Virus record (IMG/VR): IMGVR_UViG_3300037420_001448
Span: 1 to 25,495 of that record
DNA from: a virus
Lineage: Duplodnaviria; Caudoviricetes
DNA: 25,495 nucleotides
Strand: one strand, 5' to 3'
The position numbers were made by a program, and so were the translations under genes. Below the pieces are notes generated by a model, which saw nothing but the letters and a program-made list of their open reading frames with translations, ran no database searches and was not told the DNA's origin. Below, piece after piece: positions 1-7,002 of this stretch. Position 1 is the stretch's first letter. Each line of letters begins with the position of its first letter.

Positions 1-111
1 GGCAAAGACCGTTGGAGAGGCGATCTTGCGGGACAAAAAAATCGAGAAGGAGCGACGATGGAACAACGTACGTTCGCGTGGTAAGCACGTGACGTCGAGA
101 CAGGAGACAAA

Positions 112-495
112 ATGGCTTGGGACAGGGATCGGGCGGCCGCGCTGGCGCCCTCAGAGGAGCCTCAAATGCGACCGCTGATCGAAATGCCGAAATGGGACGG
201 CAAGCTCGTCCTGGGCGCATTCTTTACGGCCGGCTATTTCGCCGTCGCCGCCTGGATCATCAGATTCGCGGGTTTGAACCCGCAGCAAAAAGAGCTCGCG
301 ATGATCGTGCTCGCAGCGCTCGGGCCCCAGCTGGGCCAGATCTACGGCGCCATCTTCCGTACGACCGGAGCCGAAGAGCGAAATTCTGCCCGCCAGGCCG
401 AGACTCTAAAAACCGCGATCGAGACCCCGACGACGGTCGTGCAGCCGGCACCCACAAACGAACAGCCGGACGAAGATCCGGAGATCCTGAAGTGA
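112..495 (+). CDS. Holin-like membrane protein (two hydrophobic segments)
   Basis: Hydrophobic stretches LVLGAFFTAGYFAVAAWII and LAMIVLAALGPQLGQIYGAIF, hydrophilic C-tail; SD CAGGAG before ATG112 and GAGGAG before in-frame ATG166; stop overlaps hydrolase start (GTGA 492-495). Confidence 0.6.
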   Translation: MAWDRDRAAALAPSEEPQMRPLIEMPKWDGKLVLGAFFTAGYFAVAAWIIRFAGLNPQQKELAMIVLAALGPQLGQIYGAIFRTTGAEERNSARQAETLKTAIETPTTVVQPAPTNEQPDEDPEILK

Positions 496-1235
496 CGAAG
501 TTAGCCGCCGCGGCCACGCTTCAGCGTTTCCAAGCGCTCGAGCAGCGTCTGAAGAACGCCGGTCTCTACAACGGCCCGATCGACGACGATTGGGCTGACG
601 GCGTCGACTCGGGGCTCGATGAGTTGTTTGCGAAGGCTGGCTTCAAAGCGCCGGCGCCAGGAGCGGACACCGCTGACCACGCCGGACTCATCGTACCATC
701 GTCTTACGCTTGGCTAGCGCTCGAAACCCCGCTGCCACGGCTAGTTGTCGCCGGAATCAGCCTTCTTGGGACGAAAGAAACACCTGGTGCCGGATCGAGC
801 CCGACAATCATGGGCTGGAAGAGGGAGCTCGCTGCGATCGGCAAGGACGTCGCAGGGTACACGTCCGATGCAGTGCCGTGGTGCGGCTTGGGCATGGGGA
901 AAATCGCCCTCGAGGCAGGATATGAAGCGGAAATCCCAGCGCATCCACTCTGGGCGCTGAATTGGGGCGATTTCGGCGTCGCCGCGAAACAGCCCTGCCT
1001 CGGATCCATCCTGACCTTCGTCCGCGATGCCGGTGGGCACGTCGCTCTCTACATCGCTGAGGATTCGGCCGCGTACCATGTGCTCGGCTGCAACCAATCC
1101 GACAGCGTCACGATCACGCGGATCGCCAAATCGCGTCTGCATGCGTGCCGCGAGCCGGCATACAACGTACGACCAGCGAGCGCGCGGCCGTTCGTCGTCT
1201 CACCCGTCGGCGCGCTCTCCACGAACGAAAGGTAG
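492..1235 (+). CDS. Endolysin: peptidoglycan-binding-like N-terminus + TIGR02594 (NlpC/P60/CHAP-like) hydrolase domain
   Basis: GTG492 in frame with ORF 117..1235; motifs LKNAGLYNGPIDDDW, GTKETPG, VPWCGL (catalytic Cys), GGHVALY (His), LGCNQSDSV. Confidence 0.85.
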   Translation: MTKLAAAATLQRFQALEQRLKNAGLYNGPIDDDWADGVDSGLDELFAKAGFKAPAPGADTADHAGLIVPSSYAWLALETPLPRLVVAGISLLGTKETPGAGSSPTIMGWKRELAAIGKDVAGYTSDAVPWCGLGMGKIALEAGYEAEIPAHPLWALNWGDFGVAAKQPCLGSILTFVRDAGGHVALYIAEDSAAYHVLGCNQSDSVTITRIAKSRLHACREPAYNVRPASARPFVVSPVGALSTNER

Positions 1236-1239
1236 GAAC

Positions 1240-1671
1240 ATGCGACATTTGATCCTTGTCGCCGGCGCTTGTCTCGCTCTCTGCGCGTGCACGCCCGCCG
1301 GAACGACCAGCGTCCATAGTGCGGCCGACAGCGCGTTATCCGTCGCCCAATCGAGCATCGATGCAGCGGCTAACAGCTTCGACGCCGCGCTCTATGGGCT
1401 GGATTTTGCGATGGACGCGAAACTGATCGTGCCCGGCTCAGCTCCCGCGAAGCAGATCGCGTCGATCGGCCGCCAGGTGCAAGCGGCGCTCAACAAGGCC
1501 GACACGCTCCTGAAGGCCGGCAATTCGGCCGGCGCCAAGGCTGCGCTCGACGAAGCCGATGCGCTGGTGAGCCAGTTCAAGTCGCTGCTGCCGCACAAGA
1601 CGACAGGGCTCGCCGCCCCGCCGTTAATGCCCGGCGAGAGATCCGCGGTCCTGGCGCGAGCTGCGGCCTAG
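1240..1671 (+). CDS. Lipoprotein, candidate spanin/lysis accessory
   Basis: ATG1240 after AGGTAGGA; signal peptide MRHLILVAGACLALCA-C with lipobox-like LCAC; Ala-rich helical body; directly follows the endolysin. Confidence 0.65.
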   Translation: MRHLILVAGACLALCACTPAGTTSVHSAADSALSVAQSSIDAAANSFDAALYGLDFAMDAKLIVPGSAPAKQIASIGRQVQAALNKADTLLKAGNSAGAKAALDEADALVSQFKSLLPHKTTGLAAPPLMPGERSAVLARAAA

Positions 1672-1698
1672 TCTGAAACGAGATCGAGGAGAGCAACT

Positions 1699-1950
1699 AT
1701 GAACCTGACGTCCGTTCTTTCGTCGCTTGGGTCGCTTGCCGGCTCAATTGCGACCTCGATCATCCCGGGAGCGGGAGCGATCGAAGACCTGGTCAAAGCC
1801 GGCAAGGCCGTGAGTGACGCCTACAGCAACGTGAAGGTGCTCAATGGGGGTACGGCGCCGGCCGATGCCGACGCGTCGCACGCGGCCCTGATGGAAAAAA
1901 TGAACGCGCATGCCAATGGCACGCTCGGGCGTCTCGAGGGTGGCGACTAG
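1699..1950 (+). CDS. Small Gly/Ala/Ser-rich protein, last gene of lysis cassette
   Basis: SD GAGGAG, ATG1699; amphipathic N-terminus; stop TAG shares the CTAG at 1947-1950 with the convergent gene. Confidence 0.65.
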   Translation: MNLTSVLSSLGSLAGSIATSIIPGAGAIEDLVKAGKAVSDAYSNVKVLNGGTAPADADASHAALMEKMNAHANGTLGRLEGGD

Positions 1951-2156
1951 AGGAGCGATCCTTCGGTCGGTCTGTCACCAACAACCGGCGGAGGCGAGGC
2001 TGGATTCTCCCGAATTCGTTCGGGAAGGATCCAGCCTCTTCCTTTGCAGCCCCCGCATTGGGGCTCTTTCTCGCCGCGATAGCCGCTTCCGTGGCACCAA
2101 CCGCATTTCCACGCCTCGGGATGAGGAGAGGGCAGGATCTGGTGCTGGACGACCAA
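1947..2156 (-). CDS. Small zinc-finger protein (two CxxCxGxG motifs, DnaJ central-domain type)
   Basis: CGWCHGSG and CGGCKGRG; TTG start 9 nt after the stop of 2166..2396. Confidence 0.65.
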   Translation of the reverse strand: MVVQHQILPSPHPEAWKCGWCHGSGYRGEKEPQCGGCKGRGWILPERIRENPASPPPVVGDRPTEGSLL

Positions 2157-2165
2157 TCGATACGC

Positions 2166-2396
2166 CTATTTCCCGCCGACAAGACGCGCGAGGAAGCCGC
2201 GATCGTCCTTGGACGAGAGGATGCTGCCCGCGAGTTTCTTTCCGTCGCCTAGCAGCTCCATGTAGAGCTCCATCGGCACGTACTCGCGATCATCGTTTGC
2301 GGGTATGTCCGCGCGCTTCACGCCCTGGACGTTGCGAATATGCAGGATCTTCCCCGCGACTTGCCGGCGGCGATCCAATGACTTCTTTGACGGCAT
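2166..2396 (-). CDS. Hypothetical basic protein (76 aa)
   Basis: Strong SD AAAGGAG 7 nt before ATG2396; preceded by a structured intergenic region. Confidence 0.7.
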   Translation of the reverse strand: MPSKKSLDRRRQVAGKILHIRNVQGVKRADIPANDDREYVPMELYMELLGDGKKLAGSILSSKDDRGFLARLVGGK

Positions 2397-2572
2397 GGCC
2401 TGTCTCCTTTCCGTCGTTACCGAGCTGCGGGATCGTCGAGACGTTCGGCAACGTCTGCCACTTCCCCCGCGGGAGGGCCGTTAGCACAAAACAAGGCGTG
2501 AGAAACTAAACTTAAGTTCACGTACGTCCCAAAATCCGTTGGGCCCCAACGACGAAACGACGTTAATCGTGT

Positions 2573-2827
2573 CTAATCAGGCTCGCACGCTGTCCGGTTT
2601 TTCGCCACAAATCTAAGCTCTTGGGGTGTTAATCCTGTCGTATTTCCGTCTGGATAACGAACGAGCACAAATTTTCGGCAGACTGTGCACGTACGGGACA
2701 AAGCACGTATGCCGGTCGCCGCATCGAGCGTACTGAATTGCTGCCATCGCCGAGTCGCGAGGTTGGGGAAGCTCCAAAACTTCCGCTCTGGCTGTTCTTC
2801 GCGCAGCGATTCGTCGTCACGTGCCAC
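2573..2827 (-). CDS. Hypothetical protein with CxxC
   Basis: GTG2827 with GGAGG 5 nt upstream (better than TTG2845); CTVC motif; follows 2839..3066. Confidence 0.55.
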   Translation of the reverse strand: MARDDESLREEQPERKFWSFPNLATRRWQQFSTLDAATGIRALSRTCTVCRKFVLVRYPDGNTTGLTPQELRFVAKNRTACEPD

Positions 2828-2838
2828 ATGCGCCTCCG

Positions 2839-3066
2839 TCAGCAATCGGTCCGCAGATCCCAGCCGGTTTTAGGATCTCGAAGGTTGAGGGGATTGACCA
2901 GGGCGACGACTTGTCCGGTGTCGACGTCGACGACGCGTAGATCGCCCTGTTTCCAGTGCTGACTGCCGGCTTCGGCGCGCTCGAGGCGCAGAGGGCGGTC
3001 CATGATAGTCGAGAGAGCCTTCCGGCCGGCGTATTTCGCCGGATCCCATTTCATCCGGCGCATCAC
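2839..3066 (-). CDS. Hypothetical protein
   Basis: SD AGGAGG; start overlaps stop of the upstream gene (GTGA/TGATG at 3061-3066). Confidence 0.65.
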   Translation of the reverse strand: MMRRMKWDPAKYAGRKALSTIMDRPLRLERAEAGSQHWKQGDLRVVDVDTGQVVALVNPLNLRDPKTGWDLRTDC

Positions 3067-3581
3067 TCCCCTCCTGTCTGTAGGGCGGCGCTACCATGCT
3101 CAATCGCTTGGATTTGTGCGACTGTGGCCGTGTTGAGTTCGCCTGCGAGATATTCTTTCGCGAAGTTCAATGCGCTTCGCAACCTCTCTCGTTCTTGCGT
3201 TAGAGGGGCTATGACTTTGGCTTCGATTGCGCGGGCGTCGTCTCGAAACTTTGCGGCCATTTCGGCGGGCATAAGATGCAGACAGCCTCGGATCGGCGGC
3301 GCTCCATTTCGCATTCCGATCTGATTTGCCAAAGCCTCCGCAACCCGCTCAACAACATCGTCAGTCACTACGGTAGGGCGGCGGTTCCAGAGGAGCGCGG
3401 CTTCGGCTTTTTCGGCATCCGACGCTTTTTCACTAGCGAGCGTCACATACGGTCCAGCACAGCCGCAGTCCGAGCAAGCGCCGCGAACGAAGCCGAAGTC
3501 CTCGGTGTCGATTTCCAGAAAGACGCCGCGCTTAACTTCATGCGGAAACGGACACGCGTCCAACTTCACTTCACCTGACAT
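3063..3581 (-). CDS. Lar-like (restriction alleviation) zinc-ribbon protein with C-terminal extension
   Basis: KLDACPFPH...CSDCGCAGP...AEAALLWNRR matches the Lar-family pattern (LxxCPFC...CxxCG.GP...A...WNRR), with the second Cys of CPFC missing (CPFPH). Confidence 0.6.
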   Translation of the reverse strand: MSGEVKLDACPFPHEVKRGVFLEIDTEDFGFVRGACSDCGCAGPYVTLASEKASDAEKAEAALLWNRRPTVVTDDVVERVAEALANQIGMRNGAPPIRGCLHLMPAEMAAKFRDDARAIEAKVIAPLTQERERLRSALNFAKEYLAGELNTATVAQIQAIEHGSAALQTGGE

Positions 3582-3777
3582 TGCTTGAGCCTTCCTGTGA
3601 TCTGGCGCGGAGGGCGTTCTGAAGGGCAGCGAGCGCAGTTGTCGTCTCTACCCACATGACGCCCTGCCTGCCGACATTGCCGGTGCGAATGTCGATTGCG
3701 ATCCACGGCTTCCGCACTGCTTCGTGCGCTGCCGCAAGATATTCAGACGCTTCCTCCAACAGCTTATCGCTTGTCAT
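3571..3777 (-). CDS. Hypothetical protein (68 aa)
   Basis: ATG3777 with SD AAGGA; overlaps start of the Lar-like gene; the longer 4086 start crosses attP and is unlikely. Confidence 0.6.
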   Translation of the reverse strand: MTSDKLLEEASEYLAAAHEAVRKPWIAIDIRTGNVGRQGVMWVETTTALAALQNALRARSQEGSSNVR

Positions 3778-3827
3778 ATCGTCAGTCCTTGTTCTGGGCG
3801 TCATGCTGCGATCTCTGCAGCTTGGTA

Positions 3828-3850
3828 GTGTACCAAAAGTGTCCCAAAAA
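3828..3850 (+). repeat. Left arm-type integrase-binding repeats (GTGTACCAAAA, GTGTCCCAAAA)
   Basis: Two 11-bp direct repeats about 90 bp left of the att core, same unit and orientation as at 4051-4072. Confidence 0.7.
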
Positions 3851-3941
3851 ATTAGCGATCCAGCGTTCGCTGACGTCTGCATTTGGCATGCAAACGTTAC
3901 GTGCAACCGCGATTTTCCGGGAAAATTGGCCGGTGTACCAG

Positions 3942-3988
3942 CCTTCACACGGGTGGGGTCACAGGTTCGATCCCTGTCGCGCCCACCA
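3942..3988 (+). mobile_element. attP: attP core: 3' half of tRNA-Val(CAC)
   Basis: CC-TTCACAC-GGGTG-GGGTC-ACAGG-TTCGATC-CCTGT-CGCGCCC-A-CCA: anticodon loop (CAC), T-arm, acceptor 3' strand and CCA; no 5' acceptor strand or D-arm upstream; 18 nt from the integrase stop. Confidence 0.9.
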
Positions 3989-4006
3989 GCGCAAAAGCGT
4001 TGGTAT

Positions 4007-5299
4007 TCAAACACTTTTACCGCCAGTGATGCTGACGACATTGTGCCCATGTGTCCCAAAAGTGTCCGAAAAAGCGCCTGGGGCAAGCTTTTCGATCTCC
4101 CCGACGATGCCCGTCGTGACCGCGAGCACGCGGCCCAGGTGAGATCCGTCCGTCAGGGCGTAAATGTCGCTGATATCGGGCTGGACGTGCCCAAGCATGA
4201 TCTTCCCTTGGATCCAGTGCGCCTCGCCGAGCCTTTTGCGCGCGATTGTAGCGATCGAGCGGCGAATGAGCTTCATCCCGGCCTGTCCTTCGCCCGGAAG
4301 CCCCAGATCCTGCCTCATGCGGCTCCACGTGGCCTTTGAGAGGCCCTGAGGGACGACCGGACCAACGAAACTGTCGAGCCACCACGCGCAGACCTCAGGA
4401 ACGACGATTGTCGCCCGGAATTTGCGGGTCTGGCGCCTGCTGATTGGGTTGAGGTTGAAAACCCGGGCCTTGGAGTACCATTGCTTGCGCTCCGGTGCCG
4501 TCGACGCGTCCATAATCGCGTCCGGCCGGGCCCAGCTGATGACCGCGAAGCGCAAATAGGCGAGTAAATTGGCCCTGGAATCCACGATTCGGGCACGATC
4601 TTTGTCCGTTCGCGCCGGCGGATTGAGGCAATAATTGAACATTCTCGCCATCGTTTCGACGCTGGCTCGGTACTCCGGCGAGCGGCTGAGCTCACGGAGC
4701 TGCCGCGGTTTGAAGAGGATCGGCGATTTATCCCAGCTGAGAGCGGCCCGCAGCTGCATTACCGGCCCCTCGATCGTCGATGGAGAGCGGAATCTTGGCT
4801 CAAAACCCTCCTCTTCGAGCGATTCTGCCTCTTCCGGCGTCACTCCGATGCGATATCGGCCCTTCACGACGAAATAGGGGTCTGCAGCGAGCCAATCGCG
4901 GAATTCTTGGATCCAGCGTTCGTCGACGGTCTCTGGGTAGACGGCGGGGTCGGGCAGCTGCGCGATGAAACGCAAGACGTGGTCGAGTCGGTCGGAAATA
5001 GAACCTTCAGTGTCCCGAGTAGACGCGTGCGCGAGGAGGTAGTCTGCAATTATCGAGGCGACGAGGCGCTTTTCCTCGCCTTCCCAGGGCCGGTGGCACG
5101 TCGGGCACCGCCTCTCGTTGAGGTAGATCCTGTCGAGCTCGAGCTTCGCCGCTTCGAGATCCCGCGTGCCCGCACTAAGGCGTCGTTCGCACTTTCCGGC
5201 ATCGTCGTACCAGATGATTTGGTGGTGGCGCCCTTCCTTTGCGTAGAGGGCGTATTTTCCCCGTTGATAGAGTGGTTTCTTGCGACGTGTTCGCGGCAT
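4007..5299 (-). CDS. int: Tyrosine recombinase / phage integrase
   Basis: WARPDAI (Arg I), KLIRR (HxxR position, Lys for His), MLGH, SDIYA (Tyr); N-terminal basic arm-binding-like region; ends beside the att core. Confidence 0.9.
   Translation of the reverse strand: MPRTRRKKPLYQRGKYALYAKEGRHHQIIWYDDAGKCERRLSAGTRDLEAAKLELDRIYLNERRCPTCHRPWEGEEKRLVASIIADYLLAHASTRDTEGSISDRLDHVLRFIAQLPDPAVYPETVDERWIQEFRDWLAADPYFVVKGRYRIGVTPEEAESLEEEGFEPRFRSPSTIEGPVMQLRAALSWDKSPILFKPRQLRELSRSPEYRASVETMARMFNYCLNPPARTDKDRARIVDSRANLLAYLRFAVISWARPDAIMDASTAPERKQWYSKARVFNLNPISRRQTRKFRATIVVPEVCAWWLDSFVGPVVPQGLSKATWSRMRQDLGLPGEGQAGMKLIRRSIATIARKRLGEAHWIQGKIMLGHVQPDISDIYALTDGSHLGRVLAVTTGIVGEIEKLAPGAFSDTFGTHGHNVVSITGGKSV
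4051..4072 (+). repeat. Right arm-type repeats (GTGTCCCAAAA, GTGTCCGAAAA) inside the 3' end of int
   Basis: 11-bp direct repeats matching 3828-3850, preceded by partial GTGCCCAT. Confidence 0.7.
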
Positions 5300-5451
5300 T
5301 GTCTTTCCCGTGCGTCCAGGGCTGCCGCTTGAAGTTTCGCGTAGGCGCCGCAGTCCACGAGCAGCGCCAGGTCGTCGTAAGTCAGTTGCAGCCCGCGGCC
5401 GATATCTAACTTACGCTCCATCCGGCGCAATAGGTCTTGCAGCGCAAGCAT
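5050..5451 (-). CDS. Hypothetical protein directly upstream of and overlapping int (excisionase position)
   Basis: ATG 1 nt after the upstream stop; ordered N-terminal ~50 aa, then a low-complexity tail overlapping int by 250 nt in another frame. Confidence 0.55.
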   Translation of the reverse strand: MLALQDLLRRMERKLDIGRGLQLTYDDLALLVDCGAYAKLQAAALDARERQCREHVARNHSINGENTPSTQRKGATTKSSGTTMPESANDALVRARGISKRRSSSSTGSTSTRGGARRATGPGKARKSASSPR

Positions 5452-5452
5452 T

Positions 5453-6385
5453 TCAGTGCCTCACGAACGAAATGCTGACGTTGGACTGCATGCAGAGCCC
5501 ACAGCTCGCGCAGCAGCGCTCAGGATCGGTCTCAGCCGGACAACGGACGAAATTCGCGTCTTCCGGCTTGTCTACGACCTCCGAGCAGTCGGTTTTGTGC
5601 CCAGCGCCGCTGAAACGCATCCGAAAGCGATCGTAGAAGGTCGCTGTGAGCTCCACGAGCGAAACACCGATAGGATCCGGCGGAATCCGGGCCGTGAAGC
5701 CGAAAATGTTGAGTTTCGGGAAGTCGCGAAGCGCCTGGCGCCAGAACTCGACATATTCGAGGCTGTAGAAGTCGCCCAGGACGTGCAAACGGACGATAAA
5801 ACCGCCCGGATGCTCTGCTGAGAGGGCCCCGAGTTCCCCCCAGAGACGCTTCGTCAGCGTGCCGTCATCGTGGATTCGGCGCGCGAAGTGCATGTTATTG
5901 CCGTAGCAAGTCGCGAATTCCTTGCAGCTGCGGGGGCACGTGTCGCGCTCCTCGAGCGTCAGCGTGTAGATCGGCTGCCCTTTCCATGCCCCTTTCTCGA
6001 GCACCGCGCCGATTTTGCGGCTGTTGTGGCCCGATTTCAGCATCCGGACCTCGCTCGATGCGGGAATTACGGTGCTGGGAAAGAAGGTCGTTGCCTTGCG
6101 GACGGCCGGATGATGGTCCGTGAGGACGATCTTCGGCCCCGCGCTGTTCTCGACGCCGGCAAACCGTCGCTGAGTGCCGCCGTGCTTTCGTTCCGGCCGC
6201 TTCTTTTCCTTCCAGTGCTCTCCCCGGGGGATGCGTCGCGGGAGCTTCAGCTGGTTCGCCCAAGAGTAGACATTCGCCCGCGACGTCTGAAGCTTTTCGG
6301 CCAATTCCTCGGCGGGAATTGGCGGCTTCACGAACCAGAGCTCTTTCAGCCGGTCCTTGCGTGGATCGTGGCGCGCGGTCCTCAT
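5453..6385 (-). CDS. N-terminal HTH fused to a Gp88-like Cys-rich (radical-SAM-like) domain
   Basis: ATG6385 (ATGA overlap); LKELW...AEELAEKLQTSRANVYSWANQLKL (HTH); TCPRSCKEFATCYG, FIVRLHVLGDFYS, FGFT, CPAETDPERCCASCGLC. Confidence 0.7.
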   Translation of the reverse strand: MRTARHDPRKDRLKELWFVKPPIPAEELAEKLQTSRANVYSWANQLKLPRRIPRGEHWKEKKRPERKHGGTQRRFAGVENSAGPKIVLTDHHPAVRKATTFFPSTVIPASSEVRMLKSGHNSRKIGAVLEKGAWKGQPIYTLTLEERDTCPRSCKEFATCYGNNMHFARRIHDDGTLTKRLWGELGALSAEHPGGFIVRLHVLGDFYSLEYVEFWRQALRDFPKLNIFGFTARIPPDPIGVSLVELTATFYDRFRMRFSGAGHKTDCSEVVDKPEDANFVRCPAETDPERCCASCGLCMQSNVSISFVRH

Positions 6386-7002
6386 GCGGTTAGAAGCTTC
6401 AGCCCTTCGTCGCGCGCCGCGTTGACGTCGGACATGCGATCGTGTGAACCGCCCGGCCGGTCCGGATGAGCTGCGGAGCTCGCCTTGCGATAGGCAGCGT
6501 TGATTTCTTCCCGTGATCGCGTCGGTCCGCTCAGCCCGAGCCGCTTCCACCAAGGATCCGGCGCCGGCAGCGCCCGGTAGCCGGTAAAGGCTTGCTCGAG
6601 CGTGCCAACGCCCCATCGGTCCATGCCTCGCATCGCCTCGATGTGCTTGGCGAGCGCGTTGATATTGTCCGGAACGCGGTCCCACTTATCGCAGGCGAGC
6701 ACCATCGGCTTGCCTTTGTAGTCGAAGTAGATCGCTACGCCGGGATCGGCCGGCGGAGAGCGATCCGACCGCGGCTGGCCGTCCAAGCGCAATTCTACGT
6801 TCGTCGACAGAACCGGATTACGGGCACCGAGCCGCTCGAGCTCTTGTTGAAGCCGGCTTCGTGCGGTGGCGACGGTGAGAGCCTTCGTCGACGACCACGA
6901 TGACGAATAGTCTTTTTGCCCGAACCGAGCGCGCTGACGATTGACATTGCGCTTCCAGCCGAAGGGCCAGGAAAGGGGATATGCTTGCGGCGTGTCGCTC
7001 AT
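6382..7002 (-). CDS. Phage J-domain (DnaJ-like) protein
   Basis: ATG7002 (ATGA overlap); QAYPLSWPFGW N-terminus, ACDKWDRVPDNINA; C-terminal LGL...INAAYRKASSAAHPDRPGGS...VNAARD with HPD. Confidence 0.85.
   Translation of the reverse strand: MSDTPQAYPLSWPFGWKRNVNRQRARFGQKDYSSSWSSTKALTVATARSRLQQELERLGARNPVLSTNVELRLDGQPRSDRSPPADPGVAIYFDYKGKPMVLACDKWDRVPDNINALAKHIEAMRGMDRWGVGTLEQAFTGYRALPAPDPWWKRLGLSGPTRSREEINAAYRKASSAAHPDRPGGSHDRMSDVNAARDEGLKLLTA

Noticed and set aside
86-96. ACGT motifs as chromosomal parS
   Set aside because: CACGTG cores lack the GTTT/TTT...AAAC flanks of canonical parS, and no ParB is present in the window.
1-111. 3' end of an upstream gene
   Set aside because: All three plus frames are open from the window edge for a short distance; the frame cannot be assigned.
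117-491. N-terminal extension of the endolysin ORF
   Set aside because: Overlaps the holin-like gene in another frame with low-complexity sequence; GTG492 with GTGA coupling fits better.
2058-2252. Plus-strand 64-aa ORF
   Set aside because: Antisense to two better supported minus-strand genes; no SD.
3913-3988. Complete tRNA-Val gene
   Set aside because: No 5' acceptor strand (GGGCGCG) or D-arm; only the 3' half is present, so it is an att core.
6386-6685. 5' extensions of ORF-track entries (5453..6685, also 9428..10729, 17781..18851, 18695..19222, 1027..1671)
   Set aside because: They overlap neighbouring genes; internal starts with SD or stop/start overlaps were used instead.
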